Origin: an uncultured virus (IMG/VR IMGVR_UViG_3300020596_000022)
Lineage: Duplodnaviria > Heunggongvirae > Uroviricota > Caudoviricetes
Length of the DNA stretch: 64,000 bases
Virus record (IMG/VR): IMGVR_UViG_3300020596_000022
Reading direction: 5' to 3' (one strand)
The notes under the pieces are model-generated. The model was not told the DNA's origin. It made no database searches and worked only from the letters and a program-made list of their open reading frames with translations. Positions 56,119-64,000 of this stretch are shown piece after piece. A program made the position numbers and the translations under genes. The first letter of the stretch is position 1; each line of letters starts with the position of its first letter.

Positions 56119-56695
56119 CTTTTTTCTCTTTGCCAGTTGCTATATCTAAATTAAAACCATGATCTAAAATAGGTATACCAATCTTATCAACCACACCATG
56201 CTTCAATGCTTCTTCTGGAGTTAAATACCAATTGGCGTGTTTCTTTTCTGCTACAATCTTCTGAAAATATCCCTGTGGTCTACCACACTTTTCATTAAGT
56301 ATACCAAAGATTTTATTGTTTAATCTTTCAGCTTCTCCAACATCTGCTTTTAGATCTTCTATCTTACCAAATGAAACTGAACCAGCATCATGAATCATAA
56401 CAGTAGAATGTGGCCCGATAAATCTTAGTCCAGGAGAACCACAAGCAAGTAATATACTACCACACGACATTGCTTTACCTAATGCGATTGTAGCAATAGG
56501 TCTATCAGAACTTACCATAATATCTAACATAGCAAGTAATGAATAAATTTCACCACCAAAACTATCAATTAGAATTGGTATGATTGGAATATTACTATTC
56601 TTCAATGAATCAAAATCTGCTTTAAATGATTTCACTCCAAATTCTGTGAACTCGTTGACTAATATAGCATTGCTAATTTTTGGCTCACTGCTCAT
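56054..56695 (-). CDS. clpP: ClpP-family protease
   Basis: IDS.GG.I, G.AMS.GS, R.....S.VMIH, YLT.EEA...G.VD. Confidence 0.85.
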   Translation of the reverse strand: MSSEPKISNAILVNEFTEFGVKSFKADFDSLKNSNIPIIPILIDSFGGEIYSLLAMLDIMVSSDRPIATIALGKAMSCGSILLACGSPGLRFIGPHSTVMIHDAGSVSFGKIEDLKADVGEAERLNNKIFGILNEKCGRPQGYFQKIVAEKKHANWYLTPEEALKHGVVDKIGIPILDHGFNLDIATGKEKKDDKKKKVVLRKSGRVPRKPRK

Positions 56696-56718
56696 GTTTT
56701 TTACCTCAAAGATAATCA

Positions 56719-58425
56719 TTATTCTATTATACTGAAATTTTTGCTTTTTGTAAAGCGAATATTTGCATGGAACTTATCTGCTATGCTTTCTTTATGAGAA
56801 ATAACAAATACGTTTGTATCCTTAAACAATTCTGAATTAACCAGTTGGAGAACATTCTCAGTAGCACTTGTGTCCAGATAACTATCAAGAACTTCATCCA
56901 GAACTAATAGATTAGTGTTTACGCTGTTCTTCATCTTAGCAATCTTTCTCCAACAGAATAATAGAGCAAGATCTATTCTCTGCTTTTCGCCTTCCGAAAA
57001 ATTAGCATATGATAGATCATCTCTACCACGATGTTTGATACATTCATTAAATTCTTCATCAATGGAAAATGTAATAAAGAAATTCATTGCAGTTAAGAAT
57101 TGATTGGTGTACTTATTAATCAATGGAAGATATTGTTTAATAATCTTTGCTTTAACTCCACTATCTTTAAGTAGTGAAGATGCTAGATCATTAACTGCTC
57201 TTTCTATTGAGAAATTTTCTTTCTTCTTGTTTAATATTTCTATTTGATTGTTTAGATCTTCAATGGCAACATCTTGTGTGGACGCAACACTATCTTTTAA
57301 CTCTAAAGTTTCTTTGGCAATACGTTTAATGAATTGATTGATAGCATCTACTGTACTGTTATGTTTTTGAACTTGTAATTGAATCACTTCCATTTCTGAT
57401 TCAATCTTACGAGCATCTGCTAACTTAGAATCTAATTTTTCCAGATTACTTTGAACTTGTAACAAACCTTGATTACATTCTTCAATCTTATCGTTCTTCT
57501 TTTGAATTTCTAAAGTCTTAAAGTCTGGTTTAATTTCCTGTTGACAAGTTGGACAACTATCATGCTGTTCATAGAAAGTTATTTCTTTGTTAAACTTCTT
57601 AACATTGTCATTAAGCTTACTTGATATCCGTTGAACCTTTGATATGTTAGCTTCAACTTCTTTCTTAAAAGAAAGTTTAGCTTCCAATTCTACTACTTGT
57701 GATAATAGTTCTTTGTTCTTGTTTTGTATATCTACTATCTGAAGTTTATTCTCTTCAATTTTAACTAGGTTGTCTTTAATCTTTTCATCTTTATCTTTAC
57801 TGATTTCTTCAAGATATCTTTGATGAACTACAATTTTTTCTTTGGCTAGTGATATCGCATAATCATTTTCAACTATAGAAGTTTTAATATTAGTCACTCT
57901 CTGCTTCAAAAGTAAATTCATCACAGAAAAGATTTCTATATCCAGAAGTCCTTCTACAATCAATCTACGATCTGCTGGCTTCAATTGCATGAATGGAGTA
58001 AAGTTTGATGCTCCGAGAACTACTATCTGGCAGAACGCTTTGAAATTAAACTTTAAGATCTGTTTTTCAAGATACTGTTGATAGTCTTTTATATGAGAAT
58101 CTTGATTGACAAGTTTACCATCAATATAGATTTCAAATATAGCAGGTTTAACTCCACGTTTAATTATATACTCTTTACTACCTAGAGAAAATTCTAATTC
58201 AACTAAACAATTCTTTTCGTTGATTGAGTTTACTATTTGATTCTTATTAATGTTTCTGAATGGTCTATTAAACAGCGCCAATGAGATAGCATCAAGCATT
58301 GTACTCTTACCACTACCAGAAGGACCAAGCAAAATTGTGGTATGATTCTTATCTAGTTGTACTTCAATGAAATTATTTCCTGTCGCCAGAAGATTCTTCC
58401 ATCTTACTGTTTTAAATACAAGCAT
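56719..58425 (-). CDS. 46: recombination endonuclease ATPase subunit (Rad50-like)
   Basis: G.SGSGKST, CPTC hook, FSEGEK, LDEV.D. Confidence 0.95.
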   Translation of the reverse strand: MLVFKTVRWKNLLATGNNFIEVQLDKNHTTILLGPSGSGKSTMLDAISLALFNRPFRNINKNQIVNSINEKNCLVELEFSLGSKEYIIKRGVKPAIFEIYIDGKLVNQDSHIKDYQQYLEKQILKFNFKAFCQIVVLGASNFTPFMQLKPADRRLIVEGLLDIEIFSVMNLLLKQRVTNIKTSIVENDYAISLAKEKIVVHQRYLEEISKDKDEKIKDNLVKIEENKLQIVDIQNKNKELLSQVVELEAKLSFKKEVEANISKVQRISSKLNDNVKKFNKEITFYEQHDSCPTCQQEIKPDFKTLEIQKKNDKIEECNQGLLQVQSNLEKLDSKLADARKIESEMEVIQLQVQKHNSTVDAINQFIKRIAKETLELKDSVASTQDVAIEDLNNQIEILNKKKENFSIERAVNDLASSLLKDSGVKAKIIKQYLPLINKYTNQFLTAMNFFITFSIDEEFNECIKHRGRDDLSYANFSEGEKQRIDLALLFCWRKIAKMKNSVNTNLLVLDEVLDSYLDTSATENVLQLVNSELFKDTNVFVISHKESIADKFHANIRFTKSKNFSIIE

Positions 58426-59501
58426 TAACTTCCTTGAATTTGGTCGCTAGTGTTTAGTGCCTCAATATATAAATCATTGAACAGTGACATTAATTCTGTT
58501 TCATGTGTTTGTAAACTTAAAGATTTAACATAGTCCATAAGAATTGATAGTGTGTCTTTTGCTTCATCTAAAACTTCTTCTTCTGAAGTATTTTCAAATG
58601 CAGCTTCTACTATACTGATATCGGTTGGATTTACTTTCTGTAATGCTTCTATGAATTGGTCAAACAGATAAGGATTAGTTTTATTCTGAACTATAATCTT
58701 AACGAACATTCCAGTGAGTCCAGAATAGTCTTTATTAACTAACGTATCAAAAGTTTCTTTACTATCATCATAAAAAATCTTACAAAATATCTGTGCTGGA
58801 TTTTCAATGAACTGTAAATCTAACGTTTCAGTATCAAAGATATGAAAACCACGAATATCTCCCCAGTCGCTCCAGATAATAGGATATGGAGAACCAAGAT
58901 AATGAATACCATTATTACTAGACTTATGATGAAAGTGTCCAGTCAAAGTCATAAAGAACTTATCAAAGATGCTTGCAGTTAGACCTTTATCTTTATTAAT
59001 ATGTCCAGAGTGCATTTCAAATCCCATAAGTTCCAAATGTCCCATACACACTTGGGCTTTAGTATCTTCAATCATCTTTCTTGATTGTATTATGTTATCT
59101 TCACATATCCACGGTAAGAAAAGAACGTCTCTATCTCCAACCTTAACTTCTGTTGGCTCAGTATAGATTTTGAATTTAGGAAATGAAGATAATAAACCTT
59201 CAACACTGTTTACTGTATTAGTGTTCTTAAAATAAGTATCATGATTACCAATAAGAATATCCATATGCGAGACAAGACCATGCAGAGGCGTAAAAACTCT
59301 TTCTTGCCAAGACCTAAGCGTATTAAAATTAATATACTTGCGACGGTCAAACACGTCACCCAAATGAATAACATGTTTGATATCATGTTCTTTTATATAA
59401 GGAAAAAATTGTTTTTCAAAAAACGATATGAAGAATTCATTAAAAGCGGGATTATCGTTTCTCGCTCCCGAATGGGTATCAGTAACGATTGCTACTTTCA
59501 T
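58425..59501 (-). CDS. 47: recombination endonuclease nuclease subunit (Mre11-like)
   Basis: DTH.G.R, HLGD.FDRRK, GNHD, GHLE, GHFH. Confidence 0.95.
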   Translation of the reverse strand: MKVAIVTDTHSGARNDNPAFNEFFISFFEKQFFPYIKEHDIKHVIHLGDVFDRRKYINFNTLRSWQERVFTPLHGLVSHMDILIGNHDTYFKNTNTVNSVEGLLSSFPKFKIYTEPTEVKVGDRDVLFLPWICEDNIIQSRKMIEDTKAQVCMGHLELMGFEMHSGHINKDKGLTASIFDKFFMTLTGHFHHKSSNNGIHYLGSPYPIIWSDWGDIRGFHIFDTETLDLQFIENPAQIFCKIFYDDSKETFDTLVNKDYSGLTGMFVKIIVQNKTNPYLFDQFIEALQKVNPTDISIVEAAFENTSEEEVLDEAKDTLSILMDYVKSLSLQTHETELMSLFNDLYIEALNTSDQIQGS

Positions 59502-59503
59502 TA

Positions 59504-59761
59504 TTACTTGACTTCATTAAGTACAGCAAAACGAAGGGCCGATCTAATCACTTCTGCTTTATTAACGAAACCACCTTGTTTAAAAGTATTATTAATGGTA
59601 ATTAAAACATCAGGATCTAAATCAAGATCTACTGATACTGTTTTAGTTTCTAATCTTTCATAATGATTACCATCAATGACTACGTAATCAGGTGGATTCT
59701 TTTTCTCTTCTTTATTAAAGACGCCCTTTAATGAATATGGTTTGACTTTTGATTTCTTCAT
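59504..59761 (-). CDS. ribbon-helix-helix (CopG-like) protein
   Basis: TVSVDL......I......G.F.NKAEVIR.ALR. Confidence 0.55.
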   Translation of the reverse strand: MKKSKVKPYSLKGVFNKEEKKNPPDYVVIDGNHYERLETKTVSVDLDLDPDVLITINNTFKQGGFVNKAEVIRSALRFAVLNEVK

Positions 59762-59767
59762 AATAAT

Positions 59768-60019
59768 TTAGCCCCATGTTGATCCACCGCTACTATTAGA
59801 AGTGTTAAGTATATCATATAGTAAATTGCTAGTTAATTCAAGGTTTTTTCCTGATTGCTTGTATGGACGAATTATATCTATAGCCTTCTCTTCTACTACA
59901 GAGGTTCCAATTAATCCTAGATCTTTTACTATAGCAGCAAAGACTTGCTTACTTGTGGCCGATCTCTCAGCACATCTAGTGTATAAACTATCAATTAATT
60001 TTTCTTTGTCCAGAGCCAT
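59768..60019 (-). CDS. hypothetical protein
   Basis: 83-aa ORF in operon. Confidence 0.6.
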   Translation of the reverse strand: MALDKEKLIDSLYTRCAERSATSKQVFAAIVKDLGLIGTSVVEEKAIDIIRPYKQSGKNLELTSNLLYDILNTSNSSGGSTWG

Positions 60020-60026
60020 TGCTAAA

Positions 60027-60764
60027 TTATGTCCACAAACATCTACGAATTTTAATTAAACGAACAAGCATGTCCTCATCTTCTTTCTCTTGCTCTTCTT
60101 CAATCTTATGATTAAGATCTAGAATTCTTTTTTCTTCTGCTTGCTCTTCTGGAGTATTTCTGTTGATCATTTCAAAAAACTTTTGTCCCTTGACTTCGAT
60201 CTCTTTCATATTTGAACGGTCAAGCCAAGAACCATATTTCTGTCTCTTATTATCACACCAAGCAGACCAACCAGAAAGATCCATTGGGTCTTGTCTAGCA
60301 GGTCTTATATCCTTCCACCAAATATAAAGATCTTGAATTTCTTTCCACGGAGCTGAATAATCTTTTCTATATGCTTCATAAGCTTCATCAGTTTCAAATC
60401 CCATGTTGCGTTTATCTTCATCAGTAGATTCGTGAGTGATATGCCAATCAATAAAAGCAAGTCCATCTTCACGAGAAGATATAGGAAATAAAGTGTTGCG
60501 AATAATTCTAGGAAGTTTAAATCGCCAGTTTCTCTTTTTCTTATCAAATACATCATTCATCCAAGCACATTCAACTTCAACGAACTGTGCTAGAATAGAA
60601 AAATTTGCGTGTAATAGAAGTGTGTCTTTATCGTAGTAAGCTGGCTCTAGATCTGTATGAACTATATGATACTTATCGTATGTGCGATATCGCACCCAAT
60701 CTTGGGCGGCTTCTAGCTTCCATTTTAGCTTTCTGAATATATTCGGTTGATATTTTTCCCTCAT
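60027..60764 (-). CDS. conserved phage hypothetical protein
   Basis: D....LLHANF..L..FVE.E, EI..LY.WW...RP.R, ML.RLIK.R..LWT. Confidence 0.75.
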   Translation of the reverse strand: MREKYQPNIFRKLKWKLEAAQDWVRYRTYDKYHIVHTDLEPAYYDKDTLLLHANFSILAQFVEVECAWMNDVFDKKKRNWRFKLPRIIRNTLFPISSREDGLAFIDWHITHESTDEDKRNMGFETDEAYEAYRKDYSAPWKEIQDLYIWWKDIRPARQDPMDLSGWSAWCDNKRQKYGSWLDRSNMKEIEVKGQKFFEMINRNTPEEQAEEKRILDLNHKIEEEQEKEDEDMLVRLIKIRRCLWT

Positions 60765-60950
60765 AACAATCTCTCAAAAATTTAACTGCACTTTCAATAT
60801 CAACAAATCCCGCCAAGAAAACTAAACTTTGCGTGTGTTGATGTGGATTATTATCCAGTGTATAAACTACAAATTCATCGGTAGGTGTTCCACATCCGTC
60901 ATATCCGATCTCTTTACCTAGATAATAATAACACATTCTTTATACCTTTG

Positions 60951-61586
60951 TCAAGTATCTTTATCCTCAAGAACATCTTCCAGATTGGCTTTACCTTTCT
61001 TCTTCTTTTTGTTCTTGGCTTTCTTTTCTTCTCTTCCACGTTCAAAGTTTGCTACAAACTCTTGCCGATACTGTTCTGAGTATTCATTACCGTATTGAGT
61101 TGGTGCAGCTATCTCATCTGGATACTCTCCAGTAAAACTCTCTTCGATCATTCGGTACTTTGTATATAGATGTTTCTTTTCTCTTTGTATTCGTCTTATA
61201 AAAGCGAACCAAATGATCTGTGTAAAATATGCGAATGGGTTATTAGATTTCTTTGGGTTAAAGTTATTGAGATACATTAAGCAGTTTTCTATTCCATCAG
61301 ATATCATTTCTTCTCTGAAAGGATAATTCATAAAGTTTGGTCTGTTGACAATTTTATTTGCCATGTTAAGAATACATTCACCTATGAAGTCTGATACTTG
61401 TGGAGCTGGAAGCTTCTTTCGCTTTGCATCATTTACAGCTTTGATGTGGAGCTTCATGTGTGCAAGAAACTCTGCATTGTTTACGTAGTGTGGTCTATCT
61501 TTTGCTTTGATCTTAATTGGCTTGTTACCTTTTAGTTTTGTTTTTGGTAACTGTTCTTCCGTATTTCCATTTGTTTCATCAGCCAT
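60951..61586 (-). CDS. 55: late-transcription sigma factor
   Basis: HYVNN..F, PNF.NY..REEM..DGIENC, NPFAYFTQI...AF.RRI..EK. Confidence 0.95.
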   Translation of the reverse strand: MADETNGNTEEQLPKTKLKGNKPIKIKAKDRPHYVNNAEFLAHMKLHIKAVNDAKRKKLPAPQVSDFIGECILNMANKIVNRPNFMNYPFREEMISDGIENCLMYLNNFNPKKSNNPFAYFTQIIWFAFIRRIQREKKHLYTKYRMIEESFTGEYPDEIAAPTQYGNEYSEQYRQEFVANFERGREEKKAKNKKKKKGKANLEDVLEDKDT

Positions 61587-61587
61587 A

Positions 61588-61788
61588 TTATTCATCCTTG
61601 TTTATATCAGCGACAGTCGTATCTTGCATCTTTACATAGTCATCGTAAGGAACAGATACTACGGTATCTTTTCCCTCTCTAGTAAATATAATTTGACATT
61701 GAGTAAGAAGAGATTCAAATAATGTTTCAGATAGTTTTGAAACTTCTTGTTCTTCGATGCGAATGATTGGTCTGTTAATGTTATTCAT
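61588..61788 (-). CDS. small hypothetical protein (Phd/YefM-like tail)
   Basis: II.TR.GK..V.V.Y..Y. Confidence 0.5.
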   Translation of the reverse strand: MNNINRPIIRIEEQEVSKLSETLFESLLTQCQIIFTREGKDTVVSVPYDDYVKMQDTTVADINKDE

Positions 61789-61834
61789 ATCATGAGTATA
61801 ACAGAAACTATTAATATATAAAAGGGATTTCTTT

Positions 61835-61996
61835 TGGCCTAATAAAGATTTCTTGGCCTAGTAGGCCTTTAAAGAATAGTAAGGCTTATGGCCTAATAAA
61901 GATTTCTTGGCCTAGTAGGCCTTTAAAGAATAGTAAGGCTTATGGCCTAATAAAGATTTCTTGGCCTAGTAGGCCTTTAAAGAATAGTAAGGCTTA
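61835..61996. repeat. 3 x 54-bp perfect intergenic tandem repeat
   Basis: unit tggcctaataaagatttcttggcctagtaggcctttaaagaatagtaaggctta at 61835, 61889 and 61943. Confidence 0.95.
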
Positions 61997-62101
61997 GTAT
62001 TAAAGGATTTATTTTTTCGTTGACACTAGTATATAGTGTTCCAAAGAATAAAAAAACAGGGTTTCCAAAATTATTTCGGCTTGGCTCAAAAATAGTTCCA
62101 C

Positions 62102-62515
62102 CTAGTGCATATCATCATCTGTTTTCAGATTTTTTAATATTTCTAACGTTGCTTGTTTTTTTAATTCAACTTTATTTAATTCTTCTTCTCGGTCTTCTTC
62201 GTCTAATCGTCCAACCATCAACTCTGCATAATGTTCTATTACAGATTCGTTTGGAGTATCCATTGTTATAATTTTATCTTTGGGTATAGGTAAAGTGTTG
62301 CTGTTACAAGATGGCATCCAATCAATCAAGAAAATAGAGTGACCTCTACTCTTGCGATCATATTCTTGTACTACTCGCATTGGGCCTTTAATGAAGATTA
62401 AATTTCTAACGGTATACTCTTCACCTTCATCATTAGTATCTTTCACAGCTCCATCATCAACGTATCCGATGACTTCATCACCATTAACTAATTTGATTAC
62501 TTTAAGATCTGCCAT
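62102..62515 (-). CDS. Sm-like protein downstream of uvsW
   Basis: IKL.NG.E.I...W.P.......I....I......Y; conserved position. Confidence 0.65.
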   Translation of the reverse strand: MADLKVIKLVNGDEVIGYVDDGAVKDTNDEGEEYTVRNLIFIKGPMRVVQEYDRKSRGHSIFLIDWMPSCNSNTLPIPKDKIITMDTPNESVIEHYAELMVGRLDEEDREEELNKVELKKQATLEILKNLKTDDDMH

Positions 62516-62544
62516 AGTTTACCTTGATAGTTTAACTAACAGAA

Positions 62545-64000
62545 TTATTTAGTGGGCTCCAAATCTATTTGATGGAGCTTGTACTTGAACTTCTCAGCGT
62601 TGTATATTTTAACTCTTTCAAGAAAGTGTTTGATAGCAAAGTTTTTATGTTGCTTGTGTATCATATCATCAACGATATCATATAGTGTTGCTTTATCTGA
62701 ATCACCAATACGTAATGCTCTGCCAATACTCTGTAATGTTTTAATTCTTGATTTTGTAGGCGAAGCGAATATGATGTTATCAAGATTCTTTATATTAATA
62801 CCTGTACTGAATACACCACTTGAAGCAACGATGATCGCATCTTTCTGTTTATCAGTAATCTTTCTGATCTGTTCTCTTACTTCACCTTCAGTAGCACCAG
62901 AGACAAAAAACACCTTTCTATTTGGAGTAGTCTCTTCAACTTTCTTTTTAATTGAGTCATATAAAACTTTACCATGACTTATGAATTGGAATAATATAAG
63001 CGTATTAGATTTCATGCTTACTGCTAGATTGCGAATAAACAAATTACGCTTCTTGTTTAGAATAAGATATTTGATTTCATCTTGATACTTCAGAATTTTA
63101 TTTGCTTTACAAGTCTCTTCAGAGTATTTCAATATTAAACATTTAATATTTAATTCTGCTAATTGCTTTTTATCCATCAATGTTTTGGTTGTAGTAACTT
63201 TGAAGACTGGGCCAAACAAACCTTCAAGCACTAGCTTATGTGTTTGTGTGCCATCAAGTGTACCTGTAGTGCCGAACCTGTAAGTAGTATTTACAAGTTT
63301 CTCCATTATACCTTTCATTGAGTTTGCTTTGAATTGGTGAACCTCATCACCAATCACAACATCAAAATCTTTGAAGTATTCTTTTGGCATTTTATAGATC
63401 GATTGCCACGTAGAAACCACGATAGGTTTCTTAGTTGTCTTATCTTGACCTGAGAAAATAGGGTGGCACATTTTATCAACATCAAACTTTGGATCTTTCT
63501 TAGCATAGTCTCTAAAGTCTGATATCATCTGAGATACCAACGATATTGTTGGAACGATAATCAAAGTCTTTTTGTTGTAATGTCTAGCTAGGGAATAGAT
63601 GATTAGGCTTTTGCCTGAGTTGTGGGTTACACACCAATCACCTAGAAAATATAAATGATCCCCATCTAACTGCATACCATAAAACGTATTGTTACCAACA
63701 TCTTCCACTGTAAAACAGTGTCGGTTGTGTTTTTTGTTTGGGTTATCTACTATTGCCTTTTTTCTATCTAACTTACACGGAATAATAGATATATTTCCAA
63801 TAATTGAACACGACCAATATATTCTCTTAATTTTTGCGATGGTATTTGTGGCACACTTTAATCCGCTTTTGATTTTTACAAAAAACCCCAAACTTCTTGC
63901 CACAAATGCTACGTCTTCGACCAGTTGTTTGGATTTAGATGTATATGAATAATAAGTTTTGGTTTTACTTAAATACCCGTCCGTATCTATTAATCCTGCT
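62545..64000 (-). CDS. uvsW: UvsW SF2 helicase (5' end off the window), intein-containing
   Basis: |SGKS, IIVPT.SLV.Q, STWQS, DEVH, G.TGT, STGI.I, QSIGR.LR; frame open to the window end. Confidence 0.93.
   Translation of the reverse strand, partial: AGLIDTDGYLSKTKTYYSYTSKSKQLVEDVAFVARSLGFFVKIKSGLKCATNTIAKIKRIYWSCSIIGNISIIPCKLDRKKAIVDNPNKKHNRHCFTVEDVGNNTFYGMQLDGDHLYFLGDWCVTHNSGKSLIIYSLARHYNKKTLIIVPTISLVSQMISDFRDYAKKDPKFDVDKMCHPIFSGQDKTTKKPIVVSTWQSIYKMPKEYFKDFDVVIGDEVHQFKANSMKGIMEKLVNTTYRFGTTGTLDGTQTHKLVLEGLFGPVFKVTTTKTLMDKKQLAELNIKCLILKYSEETCKANKILKYQDEIKYLILNKKRNLFIRNLAVSMKSNTLILFQFISHGKVLYDSIKKKVEETTPNRKVFFVSGATEGEVREQIRKITDKQKDAIIVASSGVFSTGINIKNLDNIIFASPTKSRIKTLQSIGRALRIGDSDKATLYDIVDDMIHKQHKNFAIKHFLERVKIYNAEKFKYKLHQIDLEPTK
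63619..64000 (-). mobile_element. C-terminal part of a LAGLIDADG intein in UvsW Walker A (+1 Ser)
   Basis: AGLIDTDG...FYG..LDGDHL..L.D..VTHN|SGKS. Confidence 0.9.

Noticed and set aside
60673..60936. 87-aa ORF upstream of 60027-60764
   Set aside because: Its start lies inside a TTGACA/TATTAT promoter-like element and it overlaps the next gene by about 90 nt; a shorter gene is possible but unsupported
61835..61996. CRISPR array
   Set aside because: The units are contiguous and identical with no unique spacers, and there are no cas genes in the window
3799..63952. Most plus-strand ORFs in the track (e.g. 24431-24868, 28821-29129, 62579-62977)
   Set aside because: Antisense shadows of well-supported minus-strand genes with no recognisable motifs; only the GIY-YIG gene and the 39-aa peptide are supported on the + strand

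Overview
A 64-kb, AT-rich segment of a large T4-like (Tevenvirinae/Kyanoviridae-type) myovirus genome, transcribed almost entirely from the minus strand. It holds the T4-type replication/recombination core (uvsW, gp55, gp47/46, gp45/44/62, regA, gp43, uvsX, gp41, gp61 primase, RNase H), nucleotide metabolism (class II RNR nrdJ, thyX, dut, DUF5664-type diphosphohydrolase), lysis genes (GH24 lysozyme, SLT, spanins), three DNA methyltransferases, a ClpP, a MoxR/vWA pair, PhoH, a tmRNA (tag ANSNDFADYALAA) and an atypical initiator-type tRNA-Met. Main observations: (1) six inteins in five essential genes, two of them split (nrdJ with a +1 Thr junction, and a gp41-1-like pair); (2) a DNA polymerase split without an intein at the split point, with a phosphoesterase and a nuclease/methyltransferase pair between the halves; (3) eight genes whose extended -10 promoter sits 5-6 nt before the ATG (predicted leaderless mRNAs); (4) enzymes carrying T4 capsid-targeting-like N-termini (nucleotidyltransferase, ligase-like DUF6267, HxGH transferase-ParB fusion); (5) a structured non-coding segment at about 5.4-5.6 kb; (6) a 3 x 54-bp palindrome-rich repeat; (7) an unannotated Cys-rich lipoprotein inside the spanin cassette. 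All functional calls come from motif recognition by eye; no database searches were run.
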